A DNA stretch of 63,349 nucleotides, counting the filler, from an uncultured bacterium (GTDB taxonomy: Bacteria; CAYSBA01): assembly GCA_964429075.1 (NCBI GenBank). It is 22 parts of 22 records of this genome, joined end to end, with 100 filler letters (N's around TTAATTAATTAA, not from the genome) between each part and the next. Parts side by side here need not be neighbours in the genome. Positions count along the whole stretch, not along the records: positions 17,856 to 20,690 come from CAYSBA010000249.1; positions 20,791 to 23,621 come from CAYSBA010000250.1; positions 23,722 to 26,534 come from CAYSBA010000251.1; positions 26,635 to 29,439 come from CAYSBA010000252.1; positions 29,540 to 32,336 come from CAYSBA010000253.1; 17 more parts are not named here. One strand, written 5' to 3'. The position numbers and the translations under genes were made by a program. The notes below the pieces were generated by a model. That model saw only the letters and a list, made by a program, of their open reading frames with translations. It was not told the DNA's origin and searched no databases. Shown in pieces: positions 19,881 to 29,617 of this stretch. Positions within the stretch are counted from its first letter, which is position 1, and each line of letters starts with the position of its first letter.

Positions 19881-20463
19881 GGATCTCCGGGAAGAGGTCC
19901 TTGGCTTTATAGCTAAAAAGGAACCATTAGAACTTACCCAGAAGAGGTTCGGACTTAATAGAGAAAGGTTAAAGGAGTTAATCCTTGGTACTGCAGAGTC
20001 TATTGATATCTATATCGATGGTGCAGCCCGTGGCAATCCGGGTCCAGCGGGGGCAGGAGTAGTATTTATCAAAGATAATAAAATCAAACATTGCTTCTCT
20101 GAGTTCCTCGGTAACAGGACCAACAATCAGGCAGAATATCTATCTCTGATACTGGCACTTGAAAAGGCAAAAGAATTTGGTTATAAAAAAATAAGAATAA
20201 AAACAGATTCTCAACTTATCTCAAGACAGATAAAAGGGTTATATAAAACTAAAAACGGGATATTGCTGAAACTATTAGATCGGGCAAAAAGACTGCTTTT
20301 ACAGTTTGATAGCTGGGAGATAATTGAAATACCACGAAAAGAGAATAGTAAGGCAGATAGATTAGCAAGAGATGCCAGCAGGGCACGGGAAGGCGACCGC
20401 GTCCCGTTTTCAAAAGAGCGGGATGAGGAAAGTCCGGACTCCAGCGGGCATGGCACTTCGTAA
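19867..20463 (+). CDS. rnhA: Ribonuclease HI with C-terminal extension encoded inside rnpB
   Basis: IDGAARGNPGPAGAG, TNNQAEY, TDSQL, IPRKENSKADRLA; first in-frame stop is TAA at 20461-20463. Confidence 0.9.
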   Translation: MEKNRDLREEVLGFIAKKEPLELTQKRFGLNRERLKELILGTAESIDIYIDGAARGNPGPAGAGVVFIKDNKIKHCFSEFLGNRTNNQAEYLSLILALEKAKEFGYKKIRIKTDSQLISRQIKGLYKTKNGILLKLLDRAKRLLLQFDSWEIIEIPRKENSKADRLARDASRAREGDRVPFSKERDEESPDSSGHGTS

Positions 20464-20690
20464 CACGAAGACCGGGTGACCGGTGGAAAGTGCCACAGAA
20501 AACATACCGCTCCGATCTGCATAGATTTTAGATCGGAGTAAGGGTGAAAAGGTGCGGTAAGAGCGCACCGCTCTGCTCGGTGACGAGCGAGGCATGGCAA
20601 ACCCTGCCAGGAGCAAGGTCAAATAGGGATGCGTTAGAGGGTGCCCGCCCCGAGCATCCGGGTAGACCGCTTATGAGTGCTGCGGCAACG
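20381..20690 (+). ncRNA. rnpB: RNase P RNA, bacterial class A (3' truncated by contig end)
   Basis: GAGGAAAGTCCGGACTCC, GGAAAGTGCCACAGAAAA, AGGGTGAAAAGGTGCGGTAAGAGCGCACC, GGCAAACCC...GGAGCAAG..CAAATAG, GGGTAG..CGCT; P3 hairpin CGTCCCG/CGGGATG. Confidence 0.96.
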
Positions 20691-20790
20691 NNNNNNNNNN
20701 NNNNNNNNNNNNNNNNNNNNNNNNNNNNNNNNNNTTAATTAATTAANNNNNNNNNNNNNNNNNNNNNNNNNNNNNNNNNNNNNNNNNNNN

Positions 20791-20989
20791 GGATACAGCT
20801 TGCCTTTGTTGTTTCTAAGTATTTTTTATATTTGGCATTTCCAAGAAAGGTTATCTCGCCCTCTTTTGCCTCTTCAATAGGTGCAATTCTGGAGATAACT
20901 AAATCTACATTCCCCCTTAATTTTCCTCCACAGATCTCTGCCAGTTCTTTACATGAGAACAGAGTTCTATTTTGTCTTGTATCTTTCAT
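20791..20989 (-). CDS. lpxD: LpxD, N-terminal fragment
   Basis: ELAEICGGKL.G...IAPIEEAKEGEITFLGN.KY; follows bamA-skp. Confidence 0.88.
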
Positions 20990-21491
20990 TATATATTTTT
21001 ATCAATTCATCTGTAATGTCCCTTCCTTTTTTTACAAAGACAACGCCTGCTCTCATGTCCAATACAAGAGTAAATCCTCTTTTTTTTGCAATTTCATTTA
21101 CAATCTTTTCCATCTTTTTGGCTATCTTTGATGTCTTTTTCTTCTCTTCATTGAGCAGTTCCTGCTGTAGTTTTTGATACAGATTCTGTAGTTGCATAAA
21201 CTTTTCTTGTAGCCTTCTCTGCTTTTCCTCTTTTGCCTCTCTACTGAGAAGGGTCTGACTATCGAGCTCTTTTCTCATATCTTCGAGCTCTTTCATCCTG
21301 TCATCTAAGAGCTTCTGTTTTTCTTTATACTGCTTTTCAAGTTCCTTTTTGGCCTTTTTACCCTCTTCTACAGACAAAAGGGCCTTTTGTAGATCTACAA
21401 CAGCTATCTTTTCAGAAGCACTTGCAGCTTTTGGATTTACATTTAGAATAACAAATAGAATCGTCAGGGTTGCCAGTAAGATTTTTTTCAT
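20967..21491 (-). CDS. skp: Periplasmic chaperone Skp/OmpH
   Basis: Likely start MKKILLA after GGAGG; KIAVVDLQKAL...GKKA; DITDELIK. Confidence 0.92.
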   Translation of the reverse strand: MKKILLATLTILFVILNVNPKAASASEKIAVVDLQKALLSVEEGKKAKKELEKQYKEKQKLLDDRMKELEDMRKELDSQTLLSREAKEEKQRRLQEKFMQLQNLYQKLQQELLNEEKKKTSKIAKKMEKIVNEIAKKRGFTLVLDMRAGVVFVKKGRDITDELIKIYNERYKTK

Positions 21492-21511
21492 ACATTCCTC
21501 CATAAAACAGA

Positions 21512-23621
21512 TTAAAAGGGAGTACCGATCCCAAACTGGAAGACCGGACTTTTGTCCTGAGGCCTTTTTGTTAGCGGGAATCCCCATTCAAATCTAAGGG
21601 GACCCATTGGTGAAAACCATCTAATACCAAAACCTGTGTTCATCATAAGGATAAACCCGGTATTTTCATCTCTATCAAAGAAGTTTTGATCTTCAGCATA
21701 TACATTGCCCATATCAAGAAAGACTACACCAAACAGACCGGCCTTGTCAACAAGTGGGAACTCAAGTTCCATGTTTAGTAGAAATTCTTTGTTGCCGCCA
21801 ACTGTGAAAAAGGAGGTTGCAGATGTTGGATCGTTCCCATTATAAAGGACCTTGACTTCCGGGCCAACAGAATAGAAATCAAAGCCCCTCAATGTACTGA
21901 GACCTCCAAGGAAGAAACGCTCTGAGACAGGAAGTCCCTCTTTTGAAGGTGAGCTTATATATCCCAGAAGTAGATTTTGCTTGTATGTAAGTCTCCATAT
22001 AAGGGGAATGTATAATCTACTATTGAATATATACTGGATGTACTCAATGTCGCTCCCAAAGAGGCTCGAAGCCCAGTCAACGGAAAAGGATTGATAAAAT
22101 CCCTTTGTGGGGAAAAATCGGTTGTTTCTTCTGTCCCATCTTATCAGGAATTTGCTTGACCCAAGGTCTCCTTCTGTTAATAGACTCTTAAGTCTAATAC
22201 CTCCTGTGCTTGACTGTACATCAAGGATATCAAATGAGTAGGTGAGAGATATCTCAAGATTTTCCCTTCTTGAGAGAAAATAGCCCCAGCTCAGACTGCC
22301 ACCCTTTGCCTTTCTTATAAAGTAGATCTGATTACGTTCGGTGTTGTGGAGATTGAAACCGAATGACCAGTTGGAGTCAAGGAAATAGCGGTCGTAAAAA
22401 TCGAGTGAATAAAGCTGTTGCAGGCTTGATAATTGCGCTGACAGATTGAAATACTGTCCTCTTCCAAACAGGTTGTCCTGATAAAACTGTGCCTGAAATA
22501 TAAATTTCTCATAGCTCTGATAACCAAAGGTAAGCTGAAAGGCACCAGTAAAACGCTCCTTAACAGTTACTGTCAGAATAACAAGATGATCTGTAGTACC
22601 TGGACGGGTTGTTACATCTACCTTATCGAAAAATCCAAGGGCATATATACGGGCCTTGCTCTCCTCAATCTTTTTTTGGGAATAGTAGTCCCCTTCCATT
22701 ATAGTCATCTCACGTCTGATGATCTTATCCCTCGTTTTTTCGTTGCCTTTTATCTCGATCCGTTCGATGAGCACCTTTGTGCCGGGTTCTATCCTTAGAT
22801 TGACATCAATCCTTCTTTTTTTAGCAGAAACCCTTGTTTCTGGTATCACATTGACATATGCATATCCTATATCTTTAAATCTGTTTGCAACCCTGTCCAT
22901 AACCTTAATAAGACGTGATCTCGAAAAGACCTCACCGGTTTTGTAATCAACAAAAGCAGTCAATTCTTTTAATGGGAACAGTATTTTTCCAGAAAAGGTT
23001 GTCCTGCCAAAGTAGAACTTTTTGCCCTGATGAACCTTAAAAAAGATAAAGATATATTTCTTGCCCCTCGAATAGGTGACAACAGGTTCTTCTACCTTTG
23101 CATTAATATAACCATGATCATAAAAGTATAACAGCAGCCTCTGTGCATCTCTATTTAATGCCTCCTTAGAAAATCTCCCGCTCTTTGTTAAGATATTAAA
23201 TGGCCCTAATTCCCTTACCTCAAGGATCGATTTTAGTTCCTCAGGATCTATATCTTTGAGTCCAACAAATTCTATCCTCTTTACTATTGGATAACCTCCT
23301 TCTCTTATTCTAAATATTACATCTATGGTATTGTTTTTGTTCTTTTTTGTATCTACATCAACCTCTGCTAATGCAAATCCGTTCTCTTCATACAGGTTCA
23401 GGATCTTTGCCCTATCTCTGAGCATCATGCCCTTATCAAACAGATTGCCACTTTTTGATTCTACAACCTTTTTTATCTCATCTTTGTCCAGTTCCCTGTT
23501 GCCTGTTATGATGACCTTTCCTATTCTTGGTTTTTCTTTGAGCCTGATAAAAAGTATCTTTTTATTATTTTTCTCTTGTAATTCAACTATGATGTCTTTA
23601 TAGTAACCTTTCTTATAGAGA
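21512..23621 (-). CDS. bamA: Outer membrane protein assembly factor BamA (5' truncated)
   Basis: POTRA repeats, GNEKTRDKIIRRE, NLFGRGQ, LRGF, GIRWFSPMGPLRFEWG, C-terminal F. Confidence 0.96.
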
Positions 23622-23721
23622 NNNNNNNNNNNNNNNNNNNNNNNNNNNNNNNNNNNNNNNNNNNNTTAATTAATTAANNNNNNNNNNNNNNNNNNNNNNN
23701 NNNNNNNNNNNNNNNNNNNNN

Positions 23722-25106
23722 CTTTTTATAGTGATATTTAGGGCATTTATAGTGTTTTCTACCTTAAAGTCTATTAAATTACCTTCGATGGTGTAGTCCA
23801 TCACTACATCCGATTCCACTTTTATGCTTTTGTCCAACATGGTTGAAGGGATATAGATAGTGCCCTGGTCGGAATTGAATTTTTTGATGGTCATTGAAAA
23901 TACTGTTACATCGTAAGCCACTCTTTGAAAAATATCGATGCTAGGACAAACTATACAGTAAGGCAGGTAGACCCAATTTATCATCTCCTTTGAGTTACCC
24001 TCACTGTCGAGCATGGTAAAGCCCCCATTTGATCTGTCATAGCTCCAGTAGGCACTCCCAGATGCATTGTATCGAGAAAGAAGATTGAAGATGTCGATGA
24101 GATACTCCTTAAGATTCTCTGTCTCAGAGGACCCTCCATATTCACCCAACCACAAGGGCACATTGAGTCTGTCAGCCGTCTCTTTGAACCTATGGAAGGC
24201 CTCTTTTATGGGTGTAAGATCTTTGCTGCAAGACCCTCCATCATGAACCGAGTAGAGATAGTAGTAAGGAGCATAAACAAGGTTGTATGTGTCGAAGACT
24301 TCGAAATATTCTGGTTCCCCCACCTGTGTGGTAGTAGATGGCTCGAAGAAGATGAGTTTGTTGTCTCCCCTATTTCTCAGGACTTCGATTACCCGACTAT
24401 AAAGAGGTATGATGGCATCACTGTAAAACTCTTCTGTTTCTTTTGTACCCATGAACGGTTCGTAGAAGATGTCGTAGCCTATCACATTCTTCCTATCTCT
24501 GAAGTGCTCTGAAAGGACGGCAAAAGATTCACAAAGTGATCCTGTACACCCTCTTTGTTTGCATAAAAGTCGTAGAAACTGCCCCTTACTTCATCTGTCA
24601 GTTAGTTCATGTACCAGGGTGATCTGGGCTCAAAGGAAGCATAAAGACTCTCGTCGCTGGCCCAGCGAGGGGCTCCATCCCCACAAAAACCATCACCGAA
24701 TATGTCCTGATGCATATCTAAGATTACATAGAGTCCAACCTGGTCTGCGAGCTCAATCCAGTGAGAGAGTTTCCCCAGATAGTCGAGGTCAATTTTCCCC
24801 TTTTCGGGTTCAATGGCCGCCCAAATGACCAGAAGACGGATTACATTGAATCCCCAATCTCTCAGTTTCTGAAAATCCGATAGGGGTTGCCAGTTCTCAT
24901 AAGGAGATCGTTTTGGAGATTGACTGATATTGACCCCTCTCAAAAAGACCCCTCTGCCACTTTTGTCCACGATTACCCTGCCTGCTGTGCACAGAGGATC
25001 ACATCTATCTGTCGCATCTATCTGGATTGTTTTTTTGAAGAACATGCGAGAAGGAATATGATGAGCAGAATTTCTAATGTAGAGTATATGTTTTTTTGTA
25101 TGACAT
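23722..25106 (-). pseudogene. Disrupted GH5 (endoglycoceramidase-like) lipoprotein
   Basis: LRGVN, GFNVIRL..WAAIEP, ILDMHQD, GDGAP.W, IGYDIF(Y)EP, WLGEYG motifs spread over several frames; frameshift at T7 run 25030-25036, in-frame TAA at 24602-24604, frameshift near 24525. Confidence 0.85.
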
Positions 25107-25342
25107 CAATAAGATATTACTATAAAACCGGAAAACAGAGAATAGTACAGCAAGACTTACAGGGTTAGCTGCTCTGTCAATCAGCTTGTTGACACTGCAA
25201 CTATGTATCATACAAAATGGCAGCCAGTAATGCCTACAATCCTGAATTCCAAAAATGTTTCCATATTCAGAATTAGGGTTTTTGAGTTTTTGTTTGACAA
25301 TCCTTTTTCTATACTGTATCAATTTTTCAAACACATATTGGC

Positions 25343-26260
25343 ATGATAATGAGTGGAACTGACGACAAGACTATAATCAAAAATATTGATGACATTTTGA
25401 TCCCTAAAGAGGGGAAAGAGACCCCGTATCTGATTATTATTTCCGGCAAATCATCGGGCACAATGTACAGGCTAACGCTTGAAAACAGAGAATTCTTGAT
25501 CGGTAGGAATCCTGAATGTGATATAATCTTAGAAGACAGAGGCATATCCAGACATCATGCAAAGATCTACAAAAATTCAACAGATGAAATCATTATAGAG
25601 GACCTAAATAGTACCAACGGTACATTTGTTCAGGGCAGGAAGATAAAAAAATGCGTCATCAGGGATGGAGACAAGATTCAACTCGGCAATACAATTATCC
25701 TCAAATTTAGTTATCAGGATCCACTTGAAGAGCGTTTTCATCGTGAATTATACGAATCTGCAACAAAGGACGGTCTTACCGGTATATATAATAAAAAACA
25801 TTTTCTCGAACATTTCAAAAGGGAATTCAATTATTGTGTAAGATACAACATTGAACTCAGCCTTTTAATCTTTGACATCGATCATTTTAAAAAGATAAAC
25901 GACACATATGGACATGTAGCAGGTGATTTTGTGCTAAGAAAACTTGCAAAGACCATCTCTTCTACGATACGTAGAGATGACTTTTTCGCAAGGTATGGTG
26001 GAGAGGAATTTGTTTTTGTTTTGAGAGGGATAAACGATGAGAAGGCCTTCTTTTTTGCAGAGAGGATCAGAAGGTTGATAGAATCAACAGATTTTACATT
26101 TGAGAACAAAAAGATTGCGGTTACAATTAGTATTGGAATAGCCACCCTTTCTGATTCAAATTATAAGACTCCCCAGGATATGATAAAAGATGCAGATCGA
26201 TATCTCTATAAGGCAAAAAACAGAGGTAGAAACAGAGTGGAGAGTCATCTACTAAAATGA
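25343..26260 (+). CDS. FHA-GGDEF diguanylate cyclase
   Basis: FHA (IGR...ISRHHA...STNGT), DGLTG.YN, DIDHFKKINDTYGH, RRDD I-site, RYGGEEF. Confidence 0.95.
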   Translation: MIMSGTDDKTIIKNIDDILIPKEGKETPYLIIISGKSSGTMYRLTLENREFLIGRNPECDIILEDRGISRHHAKIYKNSTDEIIIEDLNSTNGTFVQGRKIKKCVIRDGDKIQLGNTIILKFSYQDPLEERFHRELYESATKDGLTGIYNKKHFLEHFKREFNYCVRYNIELSLLIFDIDHFKKINDTYGHVAGDFVLRKLAKTISSTIRRDDFFARYGGEEFVFVLRGINDEKAFFFAERIRRLIESTDFTFENKKIAVTISIGIATLSDSNYKTPQDMIKDADRYLYKAKNRGRNRVESHLLK

Positions 26261-26328
26261 TAAAGATGTTGAAATTAGATTTAAAGTGCTATATAAACCT
26301 TTTACATTGATTCAAGGAGAGGGTAAAA

Positions 26329-26534
26329 ATGGAGCAGCAAAAACAGAGTGGTGATAAAAAAAGATACAAAAGGAGGCAGTACATTGTTGACAAAAAATTC
26401 CAATACAAATACATTACTACTATAGTCGCTGTTGGTGTACTCCTTTCGCTTATCTTCTCTGTTATGATCTATCAAAAGACTATCGAAAATACAGAACTAT
26501 TTGAGATGTGTGCCAAAACTGAGGTATTTAATGT
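26329..26534 (+). CDS. Membrane (HAMP/signal-type) protein, N-terminal fragment
   Basis: KRRQYIVDKKFQYKY followed by a TM helix; RBS GGAG. Confidence 0.55.
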
Positions 26535-26634
26535 NNNNNNNNNNNNNNNNNNNNNNNNNNNNNNNNNNNNNNNNNNNNTTAATTAATTAANNNNNNNNNN
26601 NNNNNNNNNNNNNNNNNNNNNNNNNNNNNNNNNN

Positions 26635-27489
26635 TCCCTCCACTGATACTGCTATAACCAGTATCAGTGGAGGGATAACAGAGCCAACCATATTCATCGT
26701 ATGTCCTGTTACCACAAATAACCCCATGGTAAATGATGTGGACATAACAACAGCACCAAGGGGTATAAATACACCCCATTTATCTCTAAAAGTAATAAAG
26801 AGTATAATCGCAAGGATAATCATTGTAAGAGGCACAAATATGATATTATCTCGCTTACTCAACACATCGAGCCAGGTAGCAAGACCGGGAGAACCTGCCA
26901 CATAAAATTTTACCCCCCATTTTTTTGCAAGCTCTTTTACTATCCTTAGCGTACCAAAGTATGCCCTCTTTTTGGCACTCATCTTAGGATCAACTATTAT
27001 ACCTATGACTGCAGCTGTCCTGCCATCCTTTGACACAAGGTTATCATAGTAGAGAGGATTTGATAGGGCCTCTCTTTTTAAAGTATCAAACCCCTCTTTT
27101 GTTTCCGGAATACTTTCAATCAGCCTTCCTATCTCAATTGACTCCCCTTCACTTAGTATCCTTCCTGCGTTTGTAAGTGACATGACCCTATCGATATTGG
27201 GTACCTGTTCCATCCTGTCGGTAAGTTCCTGAATGATATTAAGACCCTTTTTGGTAAAGATATCATCTAAGGTAAAAACAGCAATAACATATTCATCACT
27301 TCCAAAAATGCTTTTAAATTCTTTATATCTAATTAAATTTTCATCATTCTCAGGTATCCAGACCTCATAGGAATTGTTTGTTTTGATCATAAGAGCATAG
27401 TATGTGGAGATGACGAATAAAAGCACAAAAAGTGGCATGATAATTATTTTATACTTTATTAAAAAATCAGTGTAGAATCTCTTCATCAC
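26635..27489 (-). CDS. MMPL/RND family transporter (3' truncated)
   Basis: F.SIFGSDE, V.SLTNA, NLVSKDG, YVAG.P, TM cluster, P.LILVIAV. Confidence 0.85.
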
Positions 27490-28856
27490 TCTTCCATTAG
27501 TAGACTTAAAAAGAATAGATCCGAATCGTTAAAGACTCCAAAGAGACCTCTTTTCGAATCACCTTCAAAAATAAAGGCACCTACCTTAAGTCTTATGTTA
27601 TCGGAAAATCTATAAGTCAAATCTGTCATAATTGTATAACTACCAAATGATGTCTCACCAAAAGAGCCAAGAGAAAGATTCAGATCATCATTGATATCAT
27701 AACTGGCCGCACCACTTAAAACCATCGTGTCAACATTTCTTTTATTACCACCCGGATCATGTACAAAAAGAACTCTGTCTTCCGAAGTTATACCAAAAAA
27801 TGAGTAACCGGCTACTGTTAAGATCAGTTTAAGATCTTCATAGCCAATATATTCTACAGAAATATCCATACTGAGGGCCGGGACCCTTACAGCTTCTGAA
27901 GATTGAGAATAGAGTGTACTTCTGGAGGAAAAAAAACTCTCCATTACCAGATTAAAATCTTCAAGAGCATATGTTGCATCTGCGAAAAAAATATTTCTCC
28001 TCATATACTTTGCACTGTAGGGAAGTCGTCCCTCAAGATAGGCCTTAATCATCATACTATTTAGATCTCTATAATTCCCATCTATTGAAAAAACGGGCAA
28101 CCACTCATATCCATTATAGAAACCAAATTGAAAGTCCAGATCATCTATACTCGATTTTAACCTGACCCCCCCCTGTGGAGCAAAAAGAGCAGGATCTTCT
28201 GTAGAACTTAATAGATGTTCAAGCTCTTTCCACCTGGTTCTATTAAAGAATTCAAATAGCTCAGGTGGAGGTAACATTTCACCGGATGACACCAACCTCA
28301 TTAAAGAAAATCTGCCCAACAAAAAATCAAAGCGTGGTTTTACAAAGACCGGTGAAAAAAGGATTTCAAGACTTGAGTCTGACCCCCAGAAGTATTCTGT
28401 ATCAATAGAAGGAATTGGCAATCTTGCCCCGGGCTTTTCTGTTAGAAAACCCCATATGCGCATATCTGGAGGATTTGTAAAATTCAGGATCGACCCAAAT
28501 GATGAAACACCCCAATTATAAATCCTGTTACCTGCATCTATTCTGAAATTATCTATGTTTGTAGTAAGATAGGTCTCCCATAGGTCTATTTTATGGCTAT
28601 AGATATCGCTGTCTGATCGATCAAACTGGATAAGACCCTCTGCATAACCCTTCCATCTACCTATTTCAAAGTCTCCCTTTACACCTACCACACCAAACTC
28701 CATAGAACTTTTGATGGATAAAGGATCGTTGATCCATCCAAGATAATAAATACCAAAGTATACTCTAGCCTCATCTGCCGATGCTTCAGGATAGCAAAAA
28801 AGAAAGAATAAAAAGATAGCAAGATGCCTGAATAGGGGAAGGTATCTACGAGACAT
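27486..28856 (-). CDS. Putative outer-membrane protein (DUF1302-like)
   Basis: Signal peptide, LWETY...G...NWG...NP.D pattern, C-terminal FG.F.D.D; lies between LolA-like and MMPL genes. Confidence 0.6.
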   Translation of the reverse strand: MSRRYLPLFRHLAIFLFFLFCYPEASADEARVYFGIYYLGWINDPLSIKSSMEFGVVGVKGDFEIGRWKGYAEGLIQFDRSDSDIYSHKIDLWETYLTTNIDNFRIDAGNRIYNWGVSSFGSILNFTNPPDMRIWGFLTEKPGARLPIPSIDTEYFWGSDSSLEILFSPVFVKPRFDFLLGRFSLMRLVSSGEMLPPPELFEFFNRTRWKELEHLLSSTEDPALFAPQGGVRLKSSIDDLDFQFGFYNGYEWLPVFSIDGNYRDLNSMMIKAYLEGRLPYSAKYMRRNIFFADATYALEDFNLVMESFFSSRSTLYSQSSEAVRVPALSMDISVEYIGYEDLKLILTVAGYSFFGITSEDRVLFVHDPGGNKRNVDTMVLSGAASYDINDDLNLSLGSFGETSFGSYTIMTDLTYRFSDNIRLKVGAFIFEGDSKRGLFGVFNDSDLFFLSLLMEE

Positions 28857-29437
28857 TATCTTGGCTCATATCCAGATTCAAGCCCCCTTTTGGAAAACAC
28901 CCATTCCGGTATGTTGTTGAGTACTTTTACACTATCTTTTAATAGAGTTACTCTTGTCCACCTATTCTTTCTAAGGTTTCTCATTAAAGCCTCTGTTGCA
29001 ACAGATTCATTGAAGATCTTCTCATATTTTTTTATTGTAAGATTCTTTATTATCCTACCAGATCTAAAATAATCTACCCTCCTTAGATGATGAGTGTTTT
29101 GTTCGATCCAGAGATGTAATCTATCGTAACGGGATCTTTTAACAGGGACAGCCTCAATTATAATACACTCTGTCTTAAAACAGGGTTTTATACCGACTTT
29201 TTTATAGTCATAATCATCAACATCCCTCTTTTGAAGATCTGAGAACGTAAATTCACTTCCCATAAAACGCTGATCCTTCTTTTTCCCCTTTATACGCCTT
29301 ACTATCCTGTTACCTGGCAGAAACATCATCTGTTCACTTCCACCCTCTTTTTTATCAATAAACAAAAATGAAGTACCCTTAAGGTCCTTAGGTCGTAATA
29401 CTCTGATGAGACTCTTAAAAAGTCCACTCTCTTCTTT
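28856..29437 (-). CDS. Outer-membrane lipoprotein-sorting protein (LolA-like), 5' truncated
   Basis: RPKDLKGTSFL, FLP..R.VRRI, FMGSEFTFSDL. Confidence 0.82.
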   Translation of the reverse strand, partial: KEESGLFKSLIRVLRPKDLKGTSFLFIDKKEGGSEQMMFLPGNRIVRRIKGKKKDQRFMGSEFTFSDLQKRDVDDYDYKKVGIKPCFKTECIIIEAVPVKRSRYDRLHLWIEQNTHHLRRVDYFRSGRIIKNLTIKKYEKIFNESVATEALMRNLRKNRWTRVTLLKDSVKVLNNIPEWVFSKRGLESGYEPR

Positions 29438-29539
29438 TGNNNNNNNNNNNNNNNNNNNNNNNNNNNNNNNNNNNNNNNNNNNNTTAATTAATTAANNNNN
29501 NNNNNNNNNNNNNNNNNNNNNNNNNNNNNNNNNNNNNNN

Positions 29540-29617
29540 ATCAAACACAGATATTTTTGCATCCTCTGAAGAGAAGACTTTGTTGTTTATAAAGACAATT
29601 ATATCCTGATCAGGCAT
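29540..29617 (-). CDS. Class IV aminotransferase (IlvE-like), N-terminal fragment
   Basis: MPDQDIIVFINNKVFSSEDAKISVFD matches the AKISVFD motif; overlaps the upstream stop. Confidence 0.6.

Noticed and set aside
20211..20738. ORFs 20211-20600, 20410-20622 and 20544-20738
   Set aside because: These are spurious frames over the GC-rich RNase P RNA
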